Shown: one piece after another, positions 1 through 14,637 of the stretch
Layout: each line of letters opens with the position of its first letter
Position numbering within the stretch: position 1 is the stretch's first letter
NCBI GenBank assembly: GCA_032718475.1
Contig: JAUCBJ010008755.1
Span: forward strand, 1-52,982
Reading direction: 5' to 3'
Source: Nemertoderma westbladi
Lineage: Eukaryota > Animalia > Xenacoelomorpha
Length of the DNA: 52,982 nt
Notes under the pieces: generated by a model
The model's database searches: none
What the model saw: the letters and a program-made list of their open reading frames with translations, nothing else
What the model was told of the DNA's origin: nothing
Translations under genes and position numbers: made by a program

Positions 1-1920
1 TACAATAGCTAACAATTCTAAACTAAAGGAAAATATACTTCCTACTGTAAGGTAGGAATATTATACACTATGGTAGAAGTACTATACTAATTTATATAAA
101 ATACTTCCTACTGTAAGGGTCCAGTAGTATACCGCTTACCAGATCCTAGTAACGATGTATCTTACTATGAGACTCTAGTAATGTATACGGGCTTGTACAG
201 TATCTGACAACAAATCCCAGTCCAGGATATCTAAACAAACAGATATAGTACACAAACGACTACTGGCGAGGAACAGAGCCTTGTATCTATTCTATGTACG
301 TGAGCGGGTCGAATGCCTACGTACTAGACAGAAGGATACCTGTCCTCTAACCGGTGAGGCAGATGTACAGTTACCGTAACAGACCAAACTCACGGGAAAA
401 CAATCCCCGCGCAGCGAATCCTAACTATCACTGACAGTCCTAAATACAGTAACTTGCCGCGGTGTGATTTATATGGTTTATATACGAGCTAGTGGGTTAA
501 CAGACCTAGCGTAACAACACTGACAGTCCTAAATCAGTCGAAAAGGGGTCGTACCTAAATGTAACAATAACTGATCCCCCTGTACGAAATCAGTCTAAAA
601 GGTCAGGCCTAAATGTAACAATACCGTTGTCCAGACAAACAACAGTTTAATAACGAAAGTGAAATACTCCTTATCTTGCCGCAATCAAATCAGATCCTAA
701 TTGTACAAATACAAATAATTTCCACCTAACGTAATGTATAGTACGCTATAGCTAGTAGAACTTTAAGGGCGATATGTTTTAGGGCGTGTGTGTGTGGGTG
801 TGTTACAAATAAAACAATTTCGGGTAATTCCTTTTACTAGGTTTTAGTGATTTTCTGACTAAAATGATACCGTGCGCTAGCTACTAAAATAAACTAGTCG
901 CGTTTGTAGAACTTTATACTCACGAATGACGTCAAAGCTCTCTCCTTCCTATCCACAACCCAATGGGCAACCACAGTGTTAGTAACTACACCCGTGATCG
1001 GCACTAATACCAGATTCTGGTTGTAAGATAAGAATAGGGGTTAATCGCTACCGTACGTTAGCTGATCTGGTATACTAATTTAATTCTAGAACTTTGTTGC
1101 TGCGGTAGTTAGCAGCAATACCTATCAGTACGTGGCAAGGCGCGGTAGGATATTAATAAACCTCCCTAGGCCAAGCAGTGTGCCGGTAGCAGAAATGCTC
1201 CTTGCCTGATCAAATAGCTAACTCCAGACAGGAAGGGGGGGGGGGTACTAATGTACGTTCTACAAAGCGAACCGGTACCAAACAGTCAGTGCTATGAATC
1301 ACTAAATTATGGAACGTATGCTGTCCGTACCTAATGTGAACTCGCGTACTGACGAATGGCAATAGTTCGCACCTGCAGGAAGTACAGGTTAACCCAGGGG
1401 TTCGTAGGACTGACAAGAAGGGGGGGGGGGTGTCTGGATATAATTATTTGATCCTAAATTTGCGGCGTCCAGTGCGGTGTCACGCTTACCCTGATCTATA
1501 GGTCTTACGGCGGGCAAGGGCGTCGAACAAAGTCTTACCTTCTCACAAAGCGGGCGCTGCATAGCAAGTGGAGTATTTCGAAGGGCAAAGGGGGTGCGCG
1601 GTCAATCCAAATGTGGGCGCTAGCGTGTTGTGGACATCTCTTCCCTGCGTTGCTTACGGCCTAACGGTCTAGGCTGCCATCTCCCTGGTGTTCGGCTGTC
1701 CCGAAGTCGGACCAAAAGAAAACATGTCAGGAAATTGCAGTATATTTACAGTTTTACAAAAGGATTTATCAAACAAGTTTCAACAAGAAACCGAAATAAA
1801 CTAAATGGAAACTAAAGTAAGAGTTTTACAAAGTGCTAAGAAGTGACATAACATAAGGTATATAGCAGTAATAACAAGTGATAACCGAAGGCAAACCGGC
1901 CTTTTATACTAGAAATTGCA

Positions 1921-2130
1921 CATGGAAACTAAACAGAAATTTCCACAGCTTCACAATTGAGCAATGAAGTGCGTCGTGCCCTATGATTGGCCCAGCTCAT
2001 CGTTCAACGCAGTCCGGCCCTTACACTAAATCTGGGACATGGAATCCTAACAGAATTTTCCACTGCCTCACATTTGAGCAATAAGGTAATTTATGCTCTA
2101 TGATTGGCCTGGCTCATTATTCGCTACGTT
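1921..2130. repeat. Diverged direct duplication, about 117-bp period, 2 copies
   Basis: catggaa..taa(a)cagaa.tttccac.gc.tcaca.ttgagcaat...ctatgattggcc..gctcat occurs at 1921 and again at 2038. Confidence 0.75.
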
Positions 2131-2195
2131 GTACGCTTCTCATTGGCCTACCAATTAGCACCACACGAAAATAAATTGCCCCAAAATACAAATTT

Positions 2196-2265
2196 CCCGA
2201 CTGGGATTCGAACTCGTAACCTACGTAATGTAACCAACGCCTTAACCATCTGACCACTACGCCAC
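2196..2265 (-). pseudogene. tRNA-derived sequence (tRNA pseudogene or SINE head)
   Basis: Minus strand reads GTGGCGTAGTGGTCAGATGGTTAAGGCGTTGG...GAGTTCGAATCCCAGTCGGG. It has an A-box-like TGGTCAGATGG plus TTAAGGCG (Ser/Leu tRNA-like) and a B-box GTTCGAATCC. The acceptor and anticodon stems do not pair properly. Confidence 0.55.
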
Positions 2266-4525
2266 GAGAGTACCTAAGGGTTTTATGTGTACAAATATGA
2301 ATAGGCATATTACATTACTGTAACTTAATCAAAATACGTCGGATTTTCAAAAGTTTTTACGTTAAAGTTAAACTACAAATGCTACCTTATAGTGAAATAA
2401 TTCATCACATATGTAAAATAGATATTTTATATTTTTCCACTTGGGTTTATCATTAAAATAAAAGTTAAAACTAATTGAATAAAATTATACATTTATAATT
2501 TTTTTTTTTTAAAACAAACATCATCAGAACTGTATATCGGACATAAACCGCATCCACATCTTCTCTACATTGTACAAAGTTAAATAAACGATCAGTTAGG
2601 GAAAACCAAATCGCACCAAAAACCGCATGCCACGTCGCCAAGAATAGCGGAGAGACCTTGAGCAACGAGGCTACCTGGATCACCTGTTCGGGTATCAGGC
2701 AACAGAATCGCATCATAGCGTCGAATGAACCGCACGCATCATGGTAACCTGAGTTACTCAGTCGCGCATCCCAGTCCAGTCTAGAATCCGGTAACACGAT
2801 AGACTTATTCTTCACCAACCAAACTCTTCAGTCTGCTATATCATTTATAAATTACATGCAAAATTAATTGGGATATAAATAAATATATTAATCAATAGTC
2901 TTTCAGAAATTTATAAATATATTTTTAGAAAACATTACTTACTTAACTAAATATAGAATAATGACTGGAACACAATTCAATTAAAACACATCAACTCAAC
3001 AGAATATACAAATAAATATTAAAAAGTTATGAATAGGGTTAGCTCACAATAATGATGCTACAATAATTAATAGCTGAACATCTGACTTGGTTTCCTGTCA
3101 CCGTTCCCTGTGTTACATATGAATGTAAGTATAGGAACGAACCCCCTGTGTATCCAATACAGAACCCCGAGGTTTACCTAGTCTGTAACCAATCCACTGG
3201 TCGCTGTAATTAATGCTAAATATATCCTTTATAAGGATATAAATAGCTGAACTGGTGATTTTGGGTGCAGAATGGAGTGCGATTGTCCAAACAGAGTTGA
3301 TAGTTTAGTAACACGGACGGACGTACAATGACATAGGGTTGTCGGGTAACTTTAGGGAAACCACAACCAGCCACAGTGGGACCGAGATAATTAGAATAGA
3401 TTAGATAAACATATAACATTATAGTAGTTCTGAATGGGAACCAACTCCGTTACACTCATTGTAAACCAATGTTATATTGGTTAAAGAACCGATTGGTTAA
3501 TAATATAACCAATGGGAACCTCTGAGCAATAATTAAAACTTTATATTAGTAGATGGTCCAGGTTTGTGTCTACCAAAGGGAAACGTAGCAGATACACAGG
3601 TATTACTCGAATACTCAATATGGGAATAATATTGAACAAAAACGAATTAAAATGAAAATCAATTGAGGGAAATTTATATCATTTATGTATTTATATCTGA
3701 TATAAATTAAATATTTTAGATCTAATTTTAGCGAAAATTGCGAGCTCTCCCTATGCAAAATAATTAAATCTTTATTATTATTTATAATATAAATAAAGTT
3801 ATAAAATTCCCATAATATAAGTTATTACATAAACCTATTTATAATACTGGCCCTAAACATCAATACTATTAAATATTTTCGGTAACTGAATATAATATTC
3901 TGTAAGATACGGGATTGAACTGGTGTTATTCAATCAATTGATCTGATCTTCTTTTGAATACTTAGGAGAGTTTGAGTTTAGAACATCGGGACTACTGTCT
4001 GTCTGTAGGGTTGGATTACTTTATTGGGATGTTATTTGTTAATTTGTTGATTTGTTATAATTAAGTTTCTCTTCTCTGATATTCCAATATTATATATATA
4101 ATAATCTGCTTCTGTTTTCTTATAATCCAATGGCATCTTGTTTGGTTTGCGATTATTCTGTAAATATAGAAATGAAATAGGTCCATAAAATTTGCATATT
4201 ATTAAAACTTTTTTTTATGTTACATTTTTTTATATAATATTTAATTTATTTCGAATATGCACCAAACAATACCCCCCACTAACAGACAACATGAATTAAT
4301 TGACCAAGTAGAAAAGAGCGGGAAATTTAAAACTATCAGTAGGATAGGCCCTAGTGATATAAGGCGGGAAATTTAAAACGATTTCAACATTGAAACTATT
4401 TCAATGCAACTAAATAGTACAGTCATAATCTTAAGGAGCATTTCTAACATTCTAAAAGGAGAAATTTCTTCATGACTGAAAACAAAGATTAGTTCTAGAG
4501 GCCTTTGGGACTCAATGTAACTCAC

Positions 4526-5227
4526 CTTAATATATCGAAGATTCAACTCCTTAAATAAATCGGATTGTTGGTCTAGTTGGAATATAAGATATGTGGCCGA
4601 AATCTCAATGTTAAATAATAATCTGTCCGAGTTGAACTGAAGTTATTGATTTAGAAGTCAAGAGTTGATACTTGTCTGGAAAATAGCAAAACGGAAATGA
4701 TTTGGTATAAAAATTGATTAGCTTATCTAATAATTAATTTTTAACGAATTCGTTTATTTAATTTTTCACTCACCAAAATGTAAAATAATCGTAATTTTTA
4801 TCTCAAGTATTTCCCTAAGTTCTAAACAGAGACGTTATTAGTGAATAATGGTTCTGGGGTTGGTTTTTCAACTCAATGTAACTCACCGACGACATATCGA
4901 AGCTTGTCTTACTGGATCTATCGGAGATTTTGAGCTAATTTCATTGAGTTGTAGATTTGGAAACCTTCTAGATAATTGTCTGAAATATAACAAAAATGAA
5001 ATATTATGATTTCATTAACAACAAATTAATAAACACTTAGTCTGTTGTTGTTATTTAATAGCAAAAACCAATACCGGTACCATTATAGAGGTAGGACAAG
5101 TAACTAAGTCATTGTATATGTTATGTCCAACTGCTATACCTACTTTAGTATTTATTTCGTTAGTGGCGACCAACTGGGTTCCTTCATTGAATTCACAAAT
5201 TGTGTTTCTTTTTGCGGCAGATTTAAT
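4526..5227 (-). pseudogene. Three small exon-like segments (5144-5227, 4887-4979, 4526-4675) of a decayed spliced gene
   Basis: Each has a pyrimidine-rich acceptor (tttatag, atttcag, tttccag) and a donor (GTAGGT, GTGAGT, GTGAGT). Lengths 84, 93 and 150 are all multiples of 3. Two contain in-frame stops in the shared phase. Confidence 0.35.
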
Positions 5228-5321
5228 CTATAAATAAATTAGGAATAATAAATGTCTAAATGGCAGTTTAACGGAAAATTAAATCATTAGCTAAACATCA
5301 GCTGGAGAAAACAAACTGACA

Positions 5322-8300
5322 AACGCCGAGCTCTATGGTACTATACCATCTGTATCAACCACCCTCCGTGAACGCCGAGCTCTATGGTACTATACCACCT
5401 GTATCAACCACCCTCCGTGAACGCCGAGCTCTATGGTACTATACCATCTGTATCAACCACCCTCCGTGAACGCCGAGCTCTATGGTACTATACCACCTGT
5501 ATCAACCACCCTCCGTGAACGCCGAGCTCTATGGTACTATACCATCTGTATCAACCACCCTCCGTGAACGCCGAGCTCTATGGTACTATACCACCTGTAT
5601 CAACCACCCTCCGTGAACGCCGAGCTCTATGGTACTATACCACCTGTATCAACCACCCTCCGTAAACGCCGAGCTCTATGGTACTATACCACCTGTATCA
5701 ACCACCCTCCGTGAAAACCGAGCTCTATGGTACTATACCATCTGTATCAACCACCCTCCGTGAACACCGAGCTCTATGGTACTATACCATCTGTATCAAC
5801 CACCCTCCGTGACCGCCGAGCTCTATGGTACTATACCACCTGTATCAACCACCCTCCGTGAACACCGAGCTCTATGGTACTATACCACCTGTATCAACCA
5901 CCCTCCGTGAAAACCGAGCTCTATGGTACTATACCAACTGTATCAACCACCCTCCGTGAACGCCGAGCTCTATGGTACTATACCACCTGTATCAACCACC
6001 CTCCGTGAACGCCGAGCTCTATGGTACTATACCATCTGTACCAACCACCATCCGTGAACGCCGAGCTCTATGGTACTATACCACCTGTATCAACCGCCCT
6101 CCGTGAACGCCGAGCTCTATGGTACTACCATCTGTATCAACCACCCTCCGTAAACGCCGAGCTCTATGGTACTATACCACCTGTATCAACCACCCTCCAT
6201 GAACGCCGAGCTCTATAGTACTATACCACCTGTATCAACCACCCTCCGTGAACGCCGAGCTCTATGGTACTACCATCTGTATCAACCACCCTCCATGAAC
6301 GCCTAGCTCTATAGTACTATACCACCTGTACCAACCACCATCCGTGAACGCCGAGCTCTATGGTACTATACCACCTGTATCAACCGCCCTCCGTGAACGC
6401 CGAGCTCTATGGTACTACCATCTGTATCAACCACCCTCCATGAACGCCGAGCTCTATGGTACTATACCACCTGTATCAACCACCCTCCGTGAACGCCGAG
6501 CTCTATGGTACTATACCACCTGTATCAACCGCCCTCCGTGAACGCCGAGCTCTATGGTACTACCATCTGTATCAACCACCCTCCGTAAACGCCGAGCTCT
6601 ATGGTACTATACCACCTGTATCAACCACCCTCCGTGAACGCCGAGCTCTATGGTACTATACCACCTGTATCAACCACCCTCCGTGAACGCCAAGCTCTAT
6701 GGTACTATACCACCTGTATCAACCACCCTCCGTGAACGCCGAGCTCTATGGTACTATACCACCTGTTTCAACCACCCTCCGTGAACGCCGAGCTCTATGG
6801 TACTATACCACCTGTATCAACCGCCCTCCGTGAACGCCGAGCTCTATGGTACTATACCACCTGTTTCAACCACCCTCCGTGAACGCCGAACTCTATGGTA
6901 CTATACCACCTGTTTCAACCACCCTCCGTGAACGCCGAGCTCTATGGTACTATACCACCTGTATCAACCGCCCTCCGTGAACGCCGAGCTCTATGGTACT
7001 ATACCACCTGTATCAACCGCCCTCCGTGAACGCCGAGCTCTATGGTACTATACCACCTGTATCAATCGCCCACCGTGAACGCAGATCTCTATGGTACTAT
7101 ACCACCTGTATCAACCACCCTCCGTGAACGCCGAGCTCTATGGTACTATACCACCTGTATCAACCGCCCTCCGTGAACGCCGAGCTCTATGGTACTATAC
7201 CACCTGTATCAACCGCCCTCCGTGAACGCCGAGCTCTATGGTACTACCATCTGTATCAACCACCCTCCGTAAACGCCGAGCTCTATGGTACTATACCACC
7301 TGTATCAACCACCCTCCATGAACGCCGAGCTCTATAGTACTATACCACCTGTATCAACCACCCTCCGTGAACGCCGAGCTCTATGGTACTACCATCTGTA
7401 TCAACCACCCTCCACGAACGCCGAGCTCTATAGTACTATACCACCTGTACCAACCACCATCCGTGAACGCCGAGCTCTATGGTACTATACCACCTGTATC
7501 AACCGCCCTCCGTGAACGCCGAGCTCTATGGTACTACCATCTGTATCAACCACCCTCCATGAACGCCGAGCTCTATGGTACTATACCACCTGTATCAACC
7601 ACCCTCCGTGAACGCCGAGCTCTATGGTACTATACCACCTGTATCAACCGCCCTCCGTGAACGCCGAGCTCTATGGTACTACCATCTGTATCAACCACCC
7701 TCCGTAAACGCCGAGCTCTATGGTACTATACCACCTGTATCAACCACCCTCTGTGAACGCCGAGCTCTATGGTACTATACCACCTGTATCAACCACCCTC
7801 CGTGAACGCCGAGCTCTATGGTACTATACCACCTGTATCAACCACCCTCCGTGAACGCCGAGCTCTATGGTACTATACCACCTGTTTCAACCACCCTCCG
7901 TGAACGCCGAGCTCTATGGTACTATACCACCTGTATCAACCGCCCTCCGTGAACGCCGAGCTCTATGGTACTATACCACCTGTTTCAACCACCCTCCGTG
8001 AACGCCGAACTCTATGGTACTATACCACCTGTTTCAACCACCCTCCGTGAACGCCGAGCTCTATGGTACTATACCACCTGTATCAACCGCCCTCCGTGAG
8101 CGCCGAGCTCTATGGTACTATACCACCTGTATCAACCGCCCTCCGTGAACGCCGAGCTCTATGGTACTATACCACCTGTATCAATCGCCCACCGTGAACG
8201 CAGATCTCTATGGTACTATACCACCTGTATCAACCACCCTCCGTGAACGCCGAGCTCTATGGTACTATACCACCTGTATCAACCGCCCTCCGTGAACGCC

Positions 8301-10606
8301 GAGCTCTATGGTACTATACCACCTGTATCAACCGCCCTCCGTGAACGCCGAGCTCTATGGTACTATACCACCTGTATCAACCGCCCTCCGTGAACGCCGA
8401 GCTCTATGGTACTATACCTCCTGTATCAACCGCCCTCCGTGAACGCCGAGCTCTATGGTACTATACCACCTGTATCAATCGCCCACCGTGAACGCAGATC
8501 TCTATGGTACTATACCACCTGTATCAACCACCCTCCGTGAACGCCGAGCTCTATGGTACTATACTACCTGTATCAACCGCCCTCCGTGAACGCCGAGCTC
8601 TATGGTACTATACCACCTGTATCAACCACCCTCCGTGAACGCCGAGCTCTATGGTACTATACCACCTGTTTCAACCACCCTCCGTGAACGCCGAGCTCTA
8701 TGGTACTATACCACCTGTATCAACCGCCCTCCGTGAACGCCGAGCTCTATGGTACTATACCACCTGTTTCAACCACCCTCCGTGAACGCCGAGCTCTATG
8801 GTACTATACCACCTGTATCAACCACCCTCCGTGAACGCCGATCTCTATGGTACTATACCACCTGTATCAACCACCCTCCGTGAACGCCGAGCCCTATGGT
8901 ACTATACCACCTGTATCAACCACCCTCCGTGAACGCCGAGCTCTATGGTACTATACCACCTGTATCAACCACCCTCCGTGAACGCCGAGCTCTATGGTAC
9001 TATACCACCTGTATCAACCACCCTCCGTGAACGCCGAGCTCTATGGTACTATACCACCTGTTTCAACCACCCTCCGTGAACGCCGAGCTCTATGGTACTA
9101 TACCACCTGTATCAACCGCCCTCCGTGAACGCCGAGCTCTATGGTACTATACCACCTGTATCAACCACCCTCCGTGAACGCCGAGCTCTATGGTACTATA
9201 CCACCTGTATCAACCACCCTCCGTGAACGCCGAGCTCTATGGTACTATACCACCTGTATCAACCACCCTCCGTGAACGCCGAGCTCTATGGTACTATACC
9301 ACCTGTTTCAACCACCCTCCGTGAACGCCGAGCTCTATGGTACTATACCACCTGTATCAACCGCCCTCCGTGAACGCCGAGCTCTATGGTACTATACCAC
9401 CTGTTTCAACCACCCTCCGTGAACGCCGAGCTCTATGGTACTATACCACCTGTATCAACCGCCCTCCGTGAACGCCGACCTCTATGGTACTATACCACCT
9501 GTATCAACCACCCTCCGTGAACGCCGAGCTCTATGGTACTATACCACCTGTATCAACCACCCTCCGTGAACACCGCGCTCTATGGTACTATACCACATGT
9601 ATCAACCACCCTCCGTGAACGCCGATCTCTATGGTACTATACCACCTGTATCAACCACCCTCCGTAAACGCCGAGCTCTATGGTACTATACCACCTGTAT
9701 CAACCACCCTCCGTGAACACCGCGCTCTATGGTACTATACCACATGTATCAACCACCCTCCGTGAACGCCGATCTCTATGGTACTATACCACCTGTATCA
9801 ACCACCCTACGTGAACGCCGAGCTCTATAGTACTATACCATCTGTATCAACCACCCTCCGCGAACGCCGAGCTCTATGGTACTATACCATCTGTATCAAC
9901 CACCCTCCGTGAACGCCGAGCTCTTTGGTACTATACCACCTGTATCAACCACCCTCCGTGAACGCCGAGCTCTATGGTACTATACCACCTGTATCAACCG
10001 CCCTCCGTGAACGCAGATCTCTATGGTACTATACCACCTGTATCAACCACCCTCCGTGAACGCCGATCTCTATGGTACTATACCACCTGTATCAACCACC
10101 CTCCGTGAACGCCGAGCTCTATGGTACTATACCACCTGTATCAACCACCCTCCGTGAACGCCGATCTCTATGGTACTATACCACCTGTATCAACCACCCT
10201 CCGTGAACGCCGATCTCTATGGTACTATACCATGTGTATCAACCACCCTCCGTGAACGCCGAGCTCTATGGTACTATACCACCTGTATCAACCACCCTCC
10301 GTGAACGCCGAGCTCTATGGTACTATACCACCTGTATCAACCACCCTCCGTGAACGCCGAGCTCTATGGTACTATACCACCTGTATCAACCAACCTCCGT
10401 GAACGCCGAGCTCTGTGGTACTATACCACCTGTATCAACCGCCCTCCGTGAACGCCGAGCTCTATGGTACTATACCACCTGTATCAACCACCCTCCGTGA
10501 ACGCCGATCTCTATGGTACTATACCACCTGTATCAACCACCCTCCGTGAACGCCGAGCTCTATGGTACTATACCACCTGTATCAACCTCCCTACGTGAAC
10601 GCCGAG
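5322..10606. repeat. 49-bp minisatellite, about 108 copies
   Basis: Unit aacgccgagctctatggtactataccacctgtatcaaccaccctccgtg, with occasional 47-bp variants lacking 'ta'. No spacers. Confidence 0.98.
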
Positions 10607-10799
10607 TCGACACACCAGTCGGGATTCCCTCGCCAACTCGGGGGTCCCGTCGCAAGATATATAAATCGTATTAGCAATACTTAATTAAGAAGCAATTAAT
10701 AGTCAATGAAATAATAGACTATTTGTTGGAATTTGTAAAATATCATAACATTTTGTCAATTTACCACTCACCGAAAATAGGAAGTCCCACACCCGTGTT

Positions 10800-13700
10800 C
10801 TGAGTTTGGTCGGTTCACATATCGTGGATTCGAGTTTGGTTGGTTCACATATCGTGGTTCACAGTTTGGTTGGTTCACATATTGCGGTTCAGAGTTTGGT
10901 TGGTTCACATATCGTGGTTCAGAGTTTGGTTGGTTCACATATCGTGGATTCGAGTTTGGTTGTTTCTCATACCGTGGATTCGGGTTTGGTTGGTTCACAT
11001 ACCGTGGATTCGAGTTTGGTTGGTTCACATACCGTGGATTCCAGTTTGGTTGGTTCACATACCGTGGATTCAAGTTTGGTTGGTTCACATATCGTGGATC
11101 AGAATTTGGTTGGTTCTCATATCGTGGTTCAGAGTTTGGTTGGTTCACATATCGTGGTTCAGAGTTTGGTTGGTTCACATATCGTGGATTCGAGTTTGGT
11201 TGGTTCACATATCGTGGTTCAGAGTTTGGTTTGTTTCCCATATCATGGATCAGAGTTTGGTTGGTTCACATATCGCGGATTCGAGTTTGTTTGGTTCACA
11301 TATCGTGGTTCAGAGTTTAGTTGGTTCACATATCGTGGGTCAGAGTTTGGTTGTTTCTCATATCGTGGATTCGAGTTTGGTTGGTTCACATATCGTGGAT
11401 TCGAGTTTGGTTGGTTCACATATCGTGGTTCAGAGTTTGGTTTGTTTCCCATATCGTGGATCAGAGTTTGGTTGGTTCACATATCGTGGTTCACAGTTTG
11501 GTTGGTTCACATATCGTGGTTCAGAGTTTGGTTGGTTTACATATCGTGGATCAGAGTTTGGTTGGTTCACATATCGTGGGTCAGAGTTTGGTTGTTTCTC
11601 ATATCGTGGATTCGAGTTTGGTTGGTTCTCATATCGTGGTTCAGAGTTTAGTTGGTTCACATATCGTGGGTCAGAGTTTGGTTGTTTCTCATATCGTGGA
11701 TTCGAGTTTGTTTGGTTCACATATCGTGGTTCAGAGTTTAGTTGGTTCACATATCGTGGGTCAGAGTTTGGTTGTTTCTCATATCGTGGATTCGAGTTTG
11801 GTTGGTTCACATATCGTGGTTCACAGTTTGGTTGGTTCACATATCGTGGTTCAGAGTTTGGTTGGTTTACATATCGTGGATCAGAGTTTGGTTGGTTCAC
11901 ATATCGTGGGTCAGAGTTTGGTTGTTTCTCATATCGTGGATTCGAGTTTGGTTGGTTCTCATATCGTGGGTCAGAGTTTGGTTGGTTCACATATCGTGGT
12001 TCAGAGTTTGGTTGGTTCACATATCGTGGTTCAGAGTTTGGTTGTTTCACATATCGTGGATCAGAGTTTGGTTGGTTCACATATCGTGGGTCAGAGTTTG
12101 GTTGTTTGTCATATCGTGGATCATGTTTGGTTGGTTCACATATCGTGGTTCAGAGATTGGTTGGTTCACATATCGTGGTTCAGAGTTTGGTTGGTTCACA
12201 TATCGTGGATCAGAGTTTGGTTGGTTCACATATCGTGGGTCAGAGTTTGGTTGTTTGTCATATCGTGGATCAGAGTTTGGTTGGTTCACATATCGTGGTT
12301 CAGAGATTGGTTGGTTCACATATCGTGGTTCAGAGTTTGGTTGGTTCTCATATCGTGGTTCAGAGTTTGGTTGGTTCTCATATCGTGGTTCAGAGTTTGG
12401 TTGGTTCTCATATTGTGGTTCAGAGTTTGGTTGTTTGTCATATTGTGGATTCGAGTTTGGTTGGTTCCCATATCGTGGATTCGAGTTTGGTTGGTTCACA
12501 TATCCTGGTTCAGAGTTTGGTTGGTTCACATATCGTGGATCAGAGTTTGGTTGGTTCACATATCGTGGGTCAGAGTTTGGTTGTTTCTCATATCGTGGAT
12601 TCGAGTTTGGTTGGTTCACATATCGTGGATTCGAGTTTGGTTGGTTCACATATCGTGGATTCGAGTTTGGTTGGTTCTCATATCGTGGTTCAGAGTTTGG
12701 TTGGTTCACATATTGTGGATCAGATTTTGGTTGGTTCTCATATCGTGGTTCAGAGTTTGGCTGGTTCTCATATCGTGGGTCAGAGTTTGGTTGGTTCTCA
12801 TACCGTGGGTCAGAGTTTGGTTGGTTCACATATCGTGGATCAGAGTTTGGTTGGTTCTCATATCGTGGTTCAGAGTTTGGCTGGTTCTCATATCGTGGGT
12901 CAGAGTTTGGTTGGTTCTCATATCGTGGGTCAGAGTTTGGTTGGTTCTCATATCGTGGTTCAGAGTTTGGTTGGTTCACATATCGTGGTTCAGATTTTGG
13001 TTGGTTCACATATCGTGGTTCAGAGTTTGGTTGGTTCACATATCGTGGTTTAGAATTTGGTTGGTTCTCATATCGTGGGTCAGAGTTTGGTTGGTTCTCA
13101 TATCGTGGTTCAGAGTTTGGTTGGTTCACATATCGTGGTTCAGATTTTGGTTGGTTCACATATCGTGGTTCAGAGTTTGGTTGGTTCACATATCGTGGTT
13201 TAGAGTTTGGTTGGTTCTCATATCGTGGTTCAGAGTTTGGTTGGTTCACATATCGGGGTTCAGATTTTGGTTGGTTTACATATCGTGGTTCAGATTTTGG
13301 TTGGTTCACATATCGTGGTTCAGAGTTTGGTTGGTTCACATATCGTGGTTTAGAGTTTGGTTGGTTCACATATCGTGGGTCAGATTTTGGTTGGTTCACA
13401 TATCGTGGTTCAGAGTTTGGTTGGTTCACATATCGTGGTTTAGAGTTTGGTTGGTTCACATATCGTGGGTCAGAGTTTGGTTGGTTCACATATCGTGGTT
13501 CAGAGTTTGGTTGGTTCACATATCGGGGTTCAGATTTTGGTTGGTTCACATATCGTGGTTCACAGTTTGGTTGGTTCTCATATAGTGGATTCGAGTTTGG
13601 TTGGTTCTTATATAGTGGATTCGAGTTTGGTTGGTTCACATATCGTGGTTCAGAGTTTGGTTGGTTCACATATCGTGGTTCAGAGTTTGGTTGGTTCACA

Positions 13701-14637
13701 TATCGTGGTTCAGAGTTTGGTTGGTTCACATATCGTGGTTCAGAGTTTGGTTGGTTCTCATATCGTGGTTCAGAGTTTGGTTGGTTCTCATATCGTGGGT
13801 CAGAGTTTGGTTGGTTCTCATATCGTGGGTCAGAGTTTGGTTGGTTCACATATCGTGTTTCAGAGTTTGGTTGGTTCACATATCGTGGTTCAGAGTTTGG
13901 TTGGTTCACATATCGTGGTTCAGAGTTTGGTTGGTTCTCATATCGTGGGTCAGAGTTTGGTTGGTTCTCATATTGTGGTTCAGAGTTTGGTTGGTTCTCA
14001 TATTGTGGTTCAGAGTTTGGTTGGTTCACATATCGTGTTTCAGAGTTTGGTTGGTTCTCATATCGTGGTTCAGAGTTTGGTTGGTTCACATATCGTGGTT
14101 CAGAGTTTGGTTGGTTCTCATATCGTGGTTCAGAGTTTGGTTGGTTCACATATAGTGGATTCGAGTTTGGTTGGTTCACATATCGTGGTTCAGAGTTTGG
14201 TTGGTTCACATATCGTGGTTCAGAGTTTGGTTGGTTCACATATCGTGGTTCAGAGTTTGGTTGGTTCACATATCGTGGTTCAGAGTTTGGTTGGTTCTCA
14301 TATCGTGGGTCAGAGTTTGGTTGGTTCTCATATTGTGGTTCAGAGTTTGGTTGGTTCTCATATCGTGGTTCAGAGTTTGGTTGGTTCACATATCGTGTTT
14401 CAGAGTTTGGTTGGTTCTCATATCGTGGGTCAGAGTTTGGTTGGTTCTCATATCGTGGTTCAGAGTTTGGTTGGTTCACATATCGTGGTTCAGAGTTTGG
14501 TTGGTTCTCATATCGTGGTTCAGAGTTTGGTTGGTTCACATATTGTGGTTCAGAGTTTGGTTGGTTCACATATCGTGGTTCAGAGTTTGGTTGGTTCACA
14601 TATCGTGGTTCAGAGTTTGGTTGGTTCACATATCGTT
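10800..14637. repeat. 30-bp minisatellite, about 128 copies (minus strand reads YVNQPNSEPR/YENQPNSDPR)
   Basis: Unit cagagtttggttggttcacatatcgtggtt, with three 1-nt indels near 11230, 11440 and 12125. Confidence 0.98.

Noticed and set aside
2471-2818. 115-aa ORF
   Set aside because: Non-ATG start, no recognisable domain, and it ends in a poly-A/AT-rich tract
5322-10606. 49-bp array as a CRISPR array or coding region
   Set aside because: Units are contiguous with no unique spacers, there are no cas genes, and the context is eukaryotic. The short ORFs arise only where 47-bp variants shift the frame.
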